Origin: Hydrurus foetidus
Taxonomy: Eukaryota
Reading direction: 5' to 3'
Assembly (NCBI GenBank): GCA_900617105.1
Contig: UYFQ01000685.1
Location: 1 to 64,000 of the forward strand
DNA: 64,000 nucleotides
The notes below the pieces were generated by a model. It was not told where the DNA came from, did not search any database, and was given only the letters and a program-made list of their open reading frames with translations. The first letter of the stretch is position 1, and each line of letters begins with the position of its first letter. Below are positions 1 through 13,292 of this stretch, piece by piece. A program made the translations under genes and the position numbers.

Positions 1-326
1 TCTTCATCGTTCTTCTGGCGATATCCCCCTTCGGGGCCATCACCAATCATCCGGTTTTTCACCACCAAACATCCGGATTCCCACCAGGTATCCGGTTTCC
101 CTCAAGCATCCGGTTTCATGAGCAGCGAGGGTTTCGCCCATTGCTCAATCGCCAACTTGAATATTCGCTGAATATGTTTCCACTTCGGCGATCACCATTT
201 CATGCACAATGGATGCTTTGCTCTGCTTCTTTGATGGTTGTCTTCTCTGATATCATCGCCAATTGTTTTACTACTTGATCGTTGTAAGTAAACACGTCTT
301 CCGAGACCAATCAGCCAGTCTTTTCT

Positions 327-3300
327 TTGCGCTTCCGCAGCCAACAGGTAGCTCGCTTCACTCCACAGTCTGACTCACATATATATCAATGTAACCTTGA
401 CACCATGGTGACTGAGTGTATGCCATTATTAGTTACAACTGTAGAGGAGAAAATGAAGAAATATACAGTTAGAGAGGTTAGAGACGCTTCGTTAGCTAGA
501 GACTATCAGCGTAGGCTAGGTTACGCTAGCGCAGCACAAATTATTAAGTCGATATCCCAAGGGAGTTTGACTAACAGTAAAGTGACTGCGCGAGACGTAC
601 ACCGAGCGATAGACATATGGGGACCAGACATTGGATCCCTAAAGGGCAAGACTACTAGCCACCAAGCTAAGCTAAAAGAAAAGTTGCCTCTCATAGGTAC
701 AGAGTATAAGACAGAGCAGATCATGTATATCGAGATTATGTTCGTCAATCAAATACCTTATCTAGTTTCAGTTGTACAGCCCATTGAATTTCTGTTTGTT
801 AGCAAGCTAGCCAAGAGAGACCACAAGACATTATGGAATAGTCTAAAGACAGCCATAGCAGGCATGACTAAGTATCACTTTAAGATTAAGATGATAAGAG
901 TAGACGGTGAAGGAGCTATAAACACCGAATGGTTCCATAACAAAGTCAGTCTCAGAGGTATCATTTTAGATGTTACCGGAGCCGGGGAAGCCGTAGCCGT
1001 AGTGGAGCGTAAGATTAGACACATTAAAGAGAGAGTCAGATCCGTCATTAACACGCTGCCATTTGAATTAAGCGAGAAACTTGAAGTATGGTTAGTTAAG
1101 TATGCAGTCAGTAGAATTGTATTAGCTCCCACACGCAACTCTATAGATCACATCAGCCCACGAGAGAAACTCATCGGTAGAAAGATTGATGTAGATAAAG
1201 AAATTAAGCATGGTTTTGGTGATTATGTCCAAGTGCATAATGATGTAATTGACAACTCTACCAAACCAAGAACAGCCGGGGCCATAGCACTTATGAGCTC
1301 CGGCAATCTAGAAGGTTCATGGTACTACATGCTGTTAGCAAATGAACAAATTGTTAAACGTACAAAGGCAACCGTACTACCCATGCCTAACGAAGTTGTG
1401 TTACACTTAAACAGTCCCGCAGCGAATAGAAAAACTGCCCATGTTAAACAACCTGTATTCGAGAATAGCCACACCGTATTCGATGATGATGATGATGATG
1501 TTGACGATGACCCTGAATACATTGGTGACATTGAGTATGATACCATTGACGAATCTGCTGGCGCAGAAGAAACCGATGAAATCACTGAAGACAACCAACA
1601 TGTTGACAATGACACATACCCTGAGCCACAACAATACATGTACGACGAAAACAACCCACCGACATTAGATGAGTATGTAGACGACACACTATATATGAAT
1701 GACACCACTCATACTAATGACGAACTATATTACGATAACCACACACATGATGATTCGAATCAATACGAAACACATGAACATTCACCCAGATACGATCAAG
1801 CACTAATCGATGATATATTTGGAATAAGTGATGATGAAAATGACTTTGATGATGTAACTGCGCAACCCGAAGTATTCTCACCACCTTCAGTAATAGAAAC
1901 AGAATATGATTTACCAGACAGTGTTTCACCTTTGTTGCGTAGAAGTGGTAGAAACCACCAACTAGGTAAATGGAATAGGAAATATGTTGGTAGCATGTTT
2001 TATAAAAACACATCCTTATATAAGATGACTGTTAGTGAAGGAATTAATAAGTTAGGGGTGCTAGCTGTTGATTCCATTACATCCGAATTAAAACAAATGT
2101 GCGATAAGGATGTATGGGAAGGTGTAACTTATGAATCACTTACCCCTAAACAAAAACGCACCATCATACCGAGTAGTATGTTTCTAAAAGAAAAGTACAC
2201 GGCTGATGGTATGTTTGAAAAACTGAAATCTAGACTAGTAGCCGGTGGGCACCTACAAGATAGAGATGTCTATAACAATGGTGCATCCCCTACTGCTAGC
2301 ACATCCAGCGTATTTATACTAACTGCGATTGCTGCTAAACAGAACCGTGCTATTGCCACTGTTGATTTCCCTGGTGCATTTCTGAATAGCGATATGCCGC
2401 TGACCGGTGACCATGTTGTATACATGCGATTAAATAAACAACTGACTGCTGCACTAATACAAATAGACGCAACATATAACAAATACATAAATAAGAATGG
2501 AACATGTATTATGAAACTAAAGAAAGCTTTATATGGATGTGTAGAATCTGCTAAGTTATGGTATGACAAACTATCCAGCGATTTGAATAAACTCAATTAT
2601 ACTGCAAACGAATACGACATCTGCGTATTCAATAGAACTGAAACTGATAACACACAAACCTCATTAGTAATTCATGTTGACGACATGATTATTACTGCTT
2701 CAACCGAATCCTGCGTGGATGAGGTCATAAAGCAGATTGAAACTATATACCCCGGTCTAACCAAACACCGCGGCAAAGTATTAAATTACATAGGTATGAC
2801 CTTCGACTTCAATAACGAAGGAGTAGTCAAGATGACGATGGAAGGGTTTGTAAAAGATCTCATTGAGGGGTGCACGGACATGCCGGGCACGGCTACCACT
2901 CCTGCACGACCCAATCTGTTTGCTATACCTGATGAATCTAACCCATTATTACCTGATGACTTGCGTGAGCGTTTCCACTCCATTACAGCCAAGCTACTGT
3001 ACCTGAGTAAGAGGACTAGGCCGGACATTCTCACGGCTGTAGCATTCCTCTGAAGCCCCAAAGGGATGACTACGACAAGCTGTCCCGTACGATCCAGTAC
3101 ATACGGGGTACCCAGCACATGGGTATTACATTTGAAGTACATGAACCTATCCATGTTACTGCATATATCGACGCATCCTTTGCCATACACCCCGACATGA
3201 AAAGCCACACAGGTAGCGCGGTCACATTGAGGAAGGGTGCAATTTATGCCAAGAGCGGGACACAGCGCCTGATGACCAAGTCCAGCACATAGGCTGAGCT

Positions 3301-3649
3301 AGTCGCACTCAGCGACGCCGCCAACCAAGTGCTATGGACCAGGAACTTCCTGGAGAGCCAAGGACACCCACAGCCTCCCGCACTAGTGTACCAGGACAAC
3401 CAGTCCACGATACCGTTAATTCGTAACGGTCGTTCTAATAGTGAACGTACACGTCACGTCGACATACGGTATTTTTTCCTGCACGACAGGATTACCACAG
3501 GCGATATCGACATTGTCTACTTACCCACTACTGACATGATCGCAGATATCCTAACCAAGCCATTGCAGGGGGAGCTATTTAGGAAGCTGAGGAAGCAGCT
3601 ACTCAACATCCCCCCTCTCCATTACCTATGCAGAAGGCTGCAAGACTGA
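327..3649 (+). pseudogene. Copia pol polyprotein with a frameshift at ~3050 and an in-frame stop at 3290-3292
   Basis: ORF 327-3053 stops after AVAFL. RT/RNase H sequence resumes in another frame (DDYDKLSRTIQYIRGT...YIDASFAIHPDMKSHTG...KSST*AELVALSD) and joins ORF 3329-3649. TAG replaces the Glu of the SSTEAE motif. Confidence 0.9.
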
Positions 3650-4384
3650 GGATCACGTGGACCCACCACCTACTCCCACGCGGCAAAAGACCAACCCACA
3701 CTTCCAATATCCATCTGGGAAGAAGACTTGATGCCAGCGACGAAGACACCAAGACTACATCACTCCCTACTGCCCCCCTCCATCATACCCTACTAAACCA
3801 CCGCTGTCCGCTTCAGCCGAAGACTGATTCAGAAGACCCCAAGACTCCGTCATTCCTGCTGCCCCCCTCCATCCATTCCTACTACCCCATCAGTGCGCAT
3901 CATGACAAAGACCCCAAGACTCCATCTGTTCCTCCTACCCCCCTCCGTCATTTTCCTACTGCCCCGTCAAGTGAGAATCGAAACCAAGACCCGAACACTC
4001 AAGACCCCAAGAAAACCCTGACAGAGACACGACGAGCGAGGAGCGCGGACCAGACCCAAGAAAGAAGTGCGGAGTGCAGCGATTTACCCAGTTAGGAAAT
4101 TGCCTTAATTGCATTCTTATGTGTGTTACTAAAAAATCTTTTAGCGCGTTTTTAATTCTACTCTCATGAGGATCAGTCAGACCTTATGATACTAACATTA
4201 CCCTGTGTGTAATAAATTATCTAACGTCACAACTAACACCAACCTCACCATTACCCTACTTCCCTACCCTACAAAATCATGCTATGATACACCACCTGTG
4301 CAACTCCATGTAAACGGAGTATTTTTGAACTACTGCGTTTTCACATCCACATACACCAACCCGACGACTCACGCCATAGGGGTG

Positions 4385-4750
4385 TGTCGGAATAACTGTG
4401 TGATAAGTAACCGTATAAGTTATTACGTATGTACATTTAATGACGTTTCGTACGTCGTGTGCCACGTGGAGGTCGCTACTCCACCGGTCCAAGTTCTTTT
4501 TCCACATCCAGGAACATTAAAAATGAAAGTACACCATGTTTGACTGTGCGGGACAGATCGAATTTCTCGACTGTCTCCATGAACGATGTAAGCCACGTTG
4601 GATTGTTAATTACTTTAAACTCCAAACCAAACCCACCTTCGCCTTGAGCCCGGGAAAGTGATCAGAAGCTAGGTTGAAGTTGCAGAAGGAGAGCGGACCC
4701 AGGAAGGATTTAGTTGCCCATTCACGGGAACTAGGGCGTGGATTGCGACA
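4385..4750 (+). repeat. Putative 3' LTR (366 bp)
   Basis: Starts TGTCGGAAT just after the PPT and ends ATTGCGACA (TG...CA, 8/9 terminal inverted match). No second LTR in the window to confirm it. Confidence 0.75.
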
Positions 4751-6060
4751 GGGGGTATTAAAAGGAGAGGGGGCGGCTTCGACGGCTCGCCCCACCCATT
4801 TTTTGAAAAAAAAACCTCACCTCCCTCGCACTCAAAATTCAAAATTCCGAACTACCCTCCCTCATAGGTGGTACAGCACGAACTCAGGCAGGACCTCAAG
4901 GGATTCCATTTGGCAGGACGCCAGAGCAACGAAATTGTGCAAAAAATCGGAAAATTCCAAATTTTCGCAGGTTGATCGCAGTCATTGACAATCCTTGTTG
5001 ACAAACCGATGCCAGACACTCCTGCATTGAATATTTCATATTGGTAAGCTGAAAAAGCGCTTAAACTTTACCTTACCGAGCTCTACGAGTCGAAAAATTG
5101 AAATTTCATAGGCACCATGTTTTACACCAAAAACGGTGATATCACTAATCAAACTAAAAATCGTCTCCCAAAGCACTGACATGCATAATAAGTTCAGATT
5201 TATCAACGGGAGTCGGCAGCACTTCTTGGATTTTGCCGGGGAGCGTTAGTTTTCTTTCTTCAACCTGTTTAATTACTTATAAGTTTATGTCAAAAATGAC
5301 CAGCTTATTATCTTTTCGGAGGTCGGTGCTCCACTACTCGGAGAAATTTTGCAACTCAGCGAATGAAATGTTATAAAAGCTCATTACTCTTTAATTACAG
5401 CACATGAAACACATCGTAACTAAAGAAAGTCTAACTACGGAAATCAAGCTTCTTCTGCAGTTGCGCAACCGAGCTGCAAAATCCACTATTTGAGGCGCCG
5501 CTCTGTCAAGGCAACCCCGCGGCTATCGTTCCTTGCGTCACAAGCATAATTCTACATAAAATGATGTACGAAAGGTGTTGAATGGATGTTCAGGTGCTTA
5601 GGAGAGAGCAATCAGCATGACGTGGGGTGGAAATATAACCAATATAGTCATAAAAATCACAATTTCAATACTTATGACCGCAAAATTTGGCAGCGTGGTC
5701 GCAGGTTACTCAACATGCATCTCAGAATTTTTGCGGTCATAAGTTTCACATGGCAGAAAGACGAAGAAAAAAAGTCGCGTTCAGGCCTCGATCAAATTCG
5801 AGGCAAAAAAGAACATGGCAGGCACGATGTCACCAATTCTGATGGGTACGTGGTGGAATGCAACAGGATCAACTCACCTTGTGGAATCAGCCTGAGTGGT
5901 TGTTTTGTAGTGTACTATGAATTGAGAGCATTTATTGAGGTGTTATCGCTGTCGATTGTTCAGCCAGAGTCGGGTAGTTCAAACTTGAGCGAGAGAGGTG
6001 TGAGGTTTTATTTTAGTGGGGATGGGTCTCGAAGCCGCCCCCTCTCCTTTTAATACCCCC
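4751..6060. mobile_element. Non-autonomous TIR DNA element (~1.3 kb)
   Basis: Perfect 32-bp inverted repeats GGGGGTATTAAAAGGAGAGGGGGCGGCTTCGA at 4751-4782 and 6029-6060, with weaker subterminal similarity (AAAACCTCAC, GAACTACCC). Internal inverted pair ACTTATGACCGCAAAA at ~5670-5744. No transposase ORF and no TSD visible. Confidence 0.85.
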
Positions 6061-6527
6061 TTGCTTTACCGATGAAGGAGACGTGAGAAGTGAGAAGAAG
6101 AAGAAGGAAGAAGGAAGAAGGAAGAAGGTGGTGGCAAATAGTTATACGGTATATTTTGGGTTTTAGGTTCTGGATCCATTTTTTAGATCTTGATGGGATA
6201 CGTGTGTGTGATCAAAAATCAAGAAGCACTCGACACAAAACCTAAACGGCAAAATTGTTGAAGGACCAGCTTATTTCAATATACAGCTGTCATTTTTGAA
6301 TTGCTCGAAGCATTTTTTCTTGAGCTTGAGCTGAGAAAATCGACCAGCATTTGTTTCTCGCCTTGTCACCGTTTGTGAATCACCTCGCCGAGTCGAAGAC
6401 CTGAAGAGAAGGCTGAAGGATAATACCTCCAATTAGGTTTGATTATTCGAAGTCTTAATTTCGAGATATTCTCTCTGATTGACAATGGAACTGATTGGAC
6501 CAACTGTACCGTTTACCAGCCTCCACG

Positions 6528-7584
6528 ATGAGCGTATCAGAAACAGAAGTCGCAGAGGTTCAAGGAGAACCCATGCAGCCGATTTTCCTACCCGAGAATT
6601 CCGCATCAGTTCTGATTCAGGATATAGGCAAAGTTAAAAGAAACCGCGGACCTGGCATCAAGTGGACTGACATTGAGACTGAAAACAGAGAAGAAATATT
6701 ATACGATACTTTCGAAGATGTCCTTGCTCAAGTTGACTCGCTCAACGTCAGCAAACTTGGCGAAAAATCGAAGAAAGTCTTCATTTATAAATGCAAATTT
6801 AAGAACTGCCCTTATCGGATTAAGTTCATGAAGAGATATGACTTTAAATATGACTCCAGTTACACCGGTGAGCACAGTCATGATGACAATGCTGACGCCG
6901 CGGACGGTAACAACAGTCATATGCGCGGCCTAGATGATCTTCAGAAGAAAATCGTTAGAGAGGGCTTTAATCTAGGAATTATGTCCATCAATCAAATACT
7001 GAAGTACTTTAGAATACAACGCGCCAAAAGAGAAGCTACTGAGAAGTTTCCTGTCGATCCTGATAGAAGGAAACTGACAAACTACGTGGCATCTCTGAAG
7101 AAGAAGGCCATACCTGAGGTGAGCCTCCGCATGTCTCGATTGACAGATGATCGTCGACTATGACAGAATTTTTAAATGCTTTAAATCAAACATGTCGTAG
7201 GATGTGGCTGACGGAAATGACACATCGACGAAGAAAAAGAGAGGTCCGGGGCGCCCAAAACGAGTTGAAGGAGGATCCGGACCGGAACACTCTCTCGTCA
7301 CTAAAAGCGACGGTGAGTACTGGGCACTTGAGAACGCTGCAGGTGGAATTAACGCAGTCAAAGACGAAGCTTGCGACTCGGACACTGAAGATGAGGAAGA
7401 AGAGGGAGGAAACAAGGGGACAGAGGGTCTTCTCGAGCCCCTGCCCTTGCACATGGATGTCGTGTGCGAACAATCGAAGCTGCCGTCTGAGTCGTCCTCT
7501 TCATCTTCTTCCTCCTCCTCATACAGTGCCATCTGCATATCTGACACTGCGCAGTCTTCCCTTCTTGGAAAGAGGAGAGCATGA
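6528..7584 (+). CDS. Putative DNA-binding protein: WRKY/FLYWCH-like C2H2 zinc finger + AT-hook + acidic tail (exons 6528-7118, 7201-7584)
   Basis: YKCKFKNCPYRIK...GEHSH (C-x4-C...H-x-H) resembles the MULE/WRKY-GCM1 finger. KKRGPGRPKR is an AT-hook. Phase-0 intron 7119-7200 (GTGAGC...TCGTAG) joins the two ORFs in frame. Confidence 0.65.
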
Positions 7585-7896
7585 TTAAGTGAAGAGTTTC
7601 TACTATTACTTGTTTATCATCCATGTCGTCGGCGGTTACGATTCGAAATGTGCGTGTCTTCCATTCCTGATGCCCAAATTTGTTGAGTCAAACGTGAACA
7701 CCGACTTGTGCCCACAAGCACTGTAAATTAGAGAGCCGATTTCAATGATGCATCGACCAAATAATTCTGAGTTCTACTGTCTATTTGTAAAAGAGCAAGG
7801 TAGCGCCTCATCCATTTTTTTAATCTTTTTAAGATGATAACTAAAACTAACATTTCAAAATTCATCTCTAATCGATTTTCGGAGAGTAAAATAGTT

Positions 7897-9481
7897 TCAT
7901 TTTTTCGGACCTCCACCTAACTTCCTAGCGACGCCTCTCTTAATCGCTTTCTTTCCTTTTCCCGTGGTGTCTGAACTACCATCTTTGTTTTTACGGAAAT
8001 CTACTCCCGGAATATTCGAATTTCTCCTTCCACCAAAACGAGTGACAAACCATTTTGGGGGGTCTAACCAGGCCTTCCCTCCCAGGGCGGGCCAGACTTT
8101 GGTGAAAAAATGATAACAGTGTCCCGAGAATATTCCTAGTACGTGTGGCACGGCTGCTGCTACAGATTGTTGCTGCAAAACAGGATGATGCCGTTAGAAA
8201 AAGGTTATGATCAGTGGATGTAGTGCTCCGAAGAAAACACAAAGAAGAAGATATAGAAATGCAGGGACACTTCAGGGAGTATTATTTACGGTCGATTAAG
8301 GCCATACAAGATATGGCTGGCTGTCTGTATTGCAAACATTTCAAATGTTCTGCGAAAAACGTAGAGGATAGGACAAAATGATTCTTACCGAGAGACAATC
8401 GATGCCCATCATGCAGAAAGGCAGCTGCCAGGATGTTATCATAAATCCGAATTGAAACGGCCTGAGAACATTCACATTGCGAGAATAGAGCGGAATATTG
8501 GTTGAGTGGTTAAAGATGGGAAAAAAAGACAAGATGATTTGCTGTGTGAGAGTCGTCACTGTGTTCTAAAGAGCTCGATGACAGCTGAGGAGTACATGAG
8601 TGATTTGCAGCAAGTACCCAACGGGAATGCAGCAGCATCACACAGAGAATCAGCAAAAAGCGATACACAAACAGAAGAAAAAAAAGCAGATGCAAAAACT
8701 GTCTGTAGAAATGTCGGTCCTCACATGATTTCCATTGGATTGAGATGACTACTTGCGTAAACAGTAGCTGATATCATAGCTGATGCTTGGAAAGGAAATC
8801 CGAATATAAATCCCAATATAGTCAATATCAATGTTTGCATAAGCAGAAACCATGCATGAGCCCCAGTTCCATTTAATTCCTCTAAGGTTTGCCCGTAACG
8901 TACTAAAAAGTATAAGTTATTCGCCATACTCATGCTGGGGGCTCCGAAATACGCCACAGATGTAATTGGCCTCCATATTTCGTATAGTCTTGATTTGTCG
9001 AGTGAAAATAATTCGGGAGCTGGTAAACCAACTACGTGGATCAATGTACAAAATGCACAAACCAATAAATATGATCTTGTCGCAGGAACTATCTTTTCAA
9101 GGACCTCCTTTAAAGCCTTAAAAGGACTCTTCTTCTGTTGATGTGAGAAGCAGTCATCAATTACCGTAAGAATAATGAGGATCTTGAGTTTCAAAATAAT
9201 CTGGTGCTGCATGATAAGCGTCCTACCTTCTTCCCTTTAATGACCTGTCCTCCTCGTGTTCTTAATATATTTTCGTAACTACCAGAGGTTCCTATCCTCT
9301 TCGAAGGCCCTCCGTCCTCGGTAAGTAAACACGATCTATCTACTGCAGGTTTGACACTTCTTGCATCCAGGCACCCACTGTTTAAGACAACTCTAGCACT
9401 GACTCCAAAATTACTCTGCGATTGGAAGAGCGTTGATAAGGCGTTCAACAAGATCACTTTGACGAAGAGTCGCACTATCAT
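7897..9481 (-). CDS. DER1: Derlin (Der1 family) with N-terminal signal + transit-like leader, probable SELMA sDer1 (exons 9481-9227, 9134-8725, 8461-8389, 8172-7897)
   Basis: Derlin motifs EIWRPITSVAYFG, LYFLVRYGQTLE, WQLPFCMMGIDCL, PHVLGIFSGHCYHFF. GT-AG introns join the exons in frame. The ~95-aa extension has a hydrophobic start and an RGG motif. Confidence 0.85.
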
Positions 9482-10550
9482 CACCAAAAATAAGGAAGCA
9501 AATGTTGAGAATGCAGCGCAGAACGCTGGTAGTTGGCAGATTTCTCAGCTCCGTTGTTTAGAGTCGCCAATAGCAGTTCTGTGGAAAGTGACATGTGTAT
9601 CACTTTGGTTGGCACTACCGGATCATTGCTGCAAGTAGCAGCCACTGGAGACTGCCGGAGACTGCCAGATGCATCATGTAAACGCCCTACTAAATTTAGT
9701 TATCTCCATGCCATATTTTTTATTTTGAGCTGTCATTATCATGCTGGATTTCATCGGGCAAGATCACTTCTTCCTCAATTCAGCTAGCTATAGGACTTAA
9801 AAGAATGATATACATATGAAATTTGAAAAGGCATCCAACGATTAACCGTTTTAATGATTCAATTGACCCATGCATATCACTGCAGGATGTATATCCCCAG
9901 TACTTCACTTCATGCTGGCACATTCTTCATTGTAGATGATAATTGCTCAACTTGGAAAAATGAATATCTTGCCATGCAGCGTCTCTATCATTGCAGCTGT
10001 TACCACTAGCGTATCCCAACTCTTGGATATTCGTACTTCATCACGGCGTGCTCGTTTTGATCCGATCATAATCAAATACATTTCAGTCGCACAACGATCG
10101 TTCAACGACCGGAGGTATAGGAAAAGGAAAAGGCATCATTTTCGTGCCGCTCGCGTGAGAACGGTAAAAAATTTGGCCCCTGGGAGCTTATGCATGGTCG
10201 GTTACGTAAGTTATGACCCTTGACCCTTAGGGGACAAAAAACAAATGGACCTTGAGGGATAACAAATGATCATGGAATGATCTACGTCACCAGTCCAAGG
10301 TCCAAAGTCCAGAGTACGTACGGTTACGGTTATGACCGCGGTTGGGTGTTGGGTCCATTATTCAAGATTTCATTCATTTTGAAAATCTGTCCGTTCGGCG
10401 GGGAAAGTGCACTGAATCGAATCGAAGAGTGAAGCACGTCTGTGGCTTCCATGTGCATCCGTGGATTATGTTACGTTAGGAACCAGTTATTGTTTCATTT
10501 GACCGCATCAAATCTAGCTTACAAGTCATTGAAGTAAAGTAGTTGGCATC

Positions 10551-12386
10551 ATGATGGCGGATTACGAACCTGTAAAAATGGACAATATCGCATTATCTGA
10601 GGAAGAGAAAGTGGAAATGGGTTTGAACATGATGAAATCGATCGACCGCCCCGTAGACTCTGAGTTACGAGTACTCTTCTTCACAGCAACCTATTTTGTG
10701 CTCGATGGTGTGACGTTGACCATAAGAAGAATTGAATCACACATCCGATCCAAGGGTGGGATGGCCAAAATTCTCACCACTGTTCCAGAGGATATGACCG
10801 CCGAGCAAACAAGGGACGTGATTCAGGTTCCCGGAATAAAAATTCCCTTTGATCACGCTGGAAGCTACGCATTCGGTGTTGGATTGGATCCTGAAACAAC
10901 TCGTCAAATTGAAGAGTATAACCCCACCTGCGTTCACTTCACCGTGCCTGATTTCGTTGCTCTGGATGGTATCCGATGGTGCCAGCAAAACAATGTGGCT
11001 TATATAGCAACTTGGCACAGTAATTACTGCGACTATTTGAAATATTATTTCATTGAGTGGGTGCTTGGTCCAGCATTCCATCGATATCTCAAAGGTTTCT
11101 ACGAGCAGATCCCTGCAGTTTACGTCCCAACCCCCAATGTGAGTGAATTAAGAGTCAACTTTAGAAATTATTGTTTCTACTGATGCTTTGATAAATATGG
11201 AGTCAATTTTATCTGACTTTCTCCAAACTCGATTTCATGTTCCACTAGATGCTGGAGAAGATGGAGAAATGGGGATACGGCTCATGTGCAGATCTTTACG
11301 AGTGGGGACGAGGGTGTGACCTGAAAATTTTTACTCCTGACCGTCGATCACAAGCATTCCGTTCTTCCAAACAAATGCTAGAGACCGATGTCGTCATTAT
11401 TTGGGTGGGTCGTCTTGTGCCTGAGAAGCGTCCTGATATTTGGCTGAACACTGTCAAGCGCTTGCAGAACGAAGGGCTGCCTGTCAAGGCCATGGTTGTT
11501 GGAAACGGTACTTTTGAGAAGACCCTATCACAGCTTAAGAGCGTAACATGCTGTGGGTGGCTGTCCGGTCCGTCACTGGGCGAGGCGTATGCTTCTTCTG
11601 ATGTACTGCTGTTCCCTTCTGATGTGGAGACATTCGGCAATGTGACCCTTGAGGCCTTGGCAAGCGGATGTCCGTGTGTTGTAGAGGAGAATTGCGGGGG
11701 GCATCTTGTGCAGCATGGAGTGAATGGATATACATGTCCTGCAGGAGACTTCGAGGCATTTTATCAGGCCACGAAGAGAATCGTTCAGGACACTGCTATG
11801 CGCAAACAAATGGCACAAAAGGCTAGGGAGGGCTCTTGGAACTTTGAGAGACACAAGATCATGCAGCAAATGCTCGAGAATTATAAGGTACTCATTTACA
11901 GCACCTTCAAAGAAGGTTTAATGAAGTACTTCTCATGAAAGGATGTTCCTAACAATTATTTCTTCGAATTATAATGCACATTAGGATGCTATCGTGCGTC
12001 ATCAAGATCCCACATTTATCAAGAGAAGATTACAAAAATCCCCAGAGGCAGCTGGGAGGAACTTCATGAGTTTTATATGCTGCAATTATTGGCTAGTGAA
12101 AACTTTTGCCGAGCCTTTTTTGAACACATCCCACACAGTGCAGACATTGGTGCATGGATCGACTGACTGTCTGATTCGCTCTAGAAGTCGATTAAATTGT
12201 GCGGAATCTAGTGAAGTAGATGAAGAGCAGAGCCAGATTAGTCGATATGAGGATGAAAGAAAAGGGAGAAGCAGCACATTCTCATCCTCAACTTCAACAT
12301 GCATTGCAAAATTTCTCCACTACACTGCCATTTTCTTAGCTTATGGGATCATACTTATATTTATATATGCATCGCTCACGATTTAG
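10551..12386 (+). CDS. GT4 (GT-B) glycosyltransferase, SQD2/MgtA/PimB-like, with C-terminal membrane anchor (exons 10551-11138, 11249-11887, 11985-12386)
   Basis: Motifs DGVTLTIRR, WGRGCD, WVGRLVPEKR, FPSDVETFGNVTLEALASG (EX7E). Canonical in-frame introns and a terminal hydrophobic segment. Confidence 0.88.
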
Positions 12387-13191
12387 ACGAACGCTTTAGG
12401 GGATTATGTAATATAGAATTAAATTCGTCTTGTCATGTCTCTTTGTACATTATCTGTTTTGTTGCATTCCATTACTGACGCATGTAGCCAACTTAGTAGT
12501 GGAGTTTAAACTTAATACTTGGCAATTAATCACCTACACTCGCTTAATCTTTCTATAGATTTTAAAATTTCTATTTATTACTAATTGATTTATATTGATT
12601 TATAATTGGTCACAGGATTATTTTTATTATTCTGCATTTCCCTAATAGAGAATGAAAGAGTGTACTCACAGATCATAGATTCACTGGCCTTCAGTATTCC
12701 ACTCCATGTTACCGCATTGACGTATAAGACCATTATCAGGTTTCAGTCCTCTGCTTCCTAGTACTTCCCAGTTGCACTTCTCAAACAGATTATCAATTGG
12801 ATTGTTCTCTGTAATCAATACAGATGCCAACCTTTCTTCTTATCCGTTTCAATCCCAGAACCACTTCACGGTGCCGTATGTACATACACGGTACACGACA
12901 CATGCTCCGCGATTCGATTATCATTAACAATCCAGTAAGATTTGGAAACTGTCAGTGACTACTGGAAATGCACCGCAAATGAGAAATATTTTACATGCGT
13001 GCTGTCAATTGGAGTGGCGATAGCGATGATGAATGGAGCTTTTGTTCCACCACACAGCGCAGCGCAGGTCCAGATACAGTGCTAGGAAGGAAAGGAAGAA
13101 GATCACGGAAGGCACATCCAGCTCCTGCATGGGATCAAACGCACTTTGTCATTTGCGTTTGATATCCCTTTATGTTTTGCTGGGACAGAAC

Positions 13192-13292
13192 AAAGTGTCC
13201 GGAACAAAAAACTAAAACAGGTCTGAGCACTGTTGAGATCACCATTTCATTTCCACCTTGGATTCTTTCATATTCATCGGTTATTCCGTCTT
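13192..13292. repeat. Dispersed ~100-bp repeat, second copy at ~53533-53640
   Basis: Shared core ATTTCATTTCCACCTTGGATTC and similar flanks (TGTCCxGAAC, CTGTTGA) in two intergenic regions. Confidence 0.6.

Larger units (their letters stand above)
327..4750 (+). mobile_element. Ty1/Copia LTR retrotransposon, 5'-truncated and decayed (integrase-RT-RNase H, PPT, 3' LTR)
   Basis: Domain order integrase (IRVDGEG...VERKIRHIKER), RT (KSRLVAGG, DFPGAFLN, LKKALYGC, HVDD), RNase H (YIDASF, YQDNQS, RHVDIRY, ADILTKPL) is Copia-type. Purine tract ATAGGGGTG precedes the LTR start TGTCGGAAT at 4385. No gag/protease or 5' LTR seen in the window. Confidence 0.93.

Noticed and set aside
1..326. Four ATCCGG(T/A)TT motifs and a possible minus-strand gag-like remnant
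   Set aside because: No sustained frame or recognisable motif, and it is cut by the window edge, so it cannot be assigned.
5586..6053. 155-aa ORF inside the TIR element as a transposase
   Set aside because: No DDE, zinc-finger or HTH motif, and it runs into the TIR.
12670..12810. Possible minus-strand exon (NNPIDNLFEKCNWEVLG...)
   Set aside because: Splice-like borders, but no partner exons or recognisable homology.
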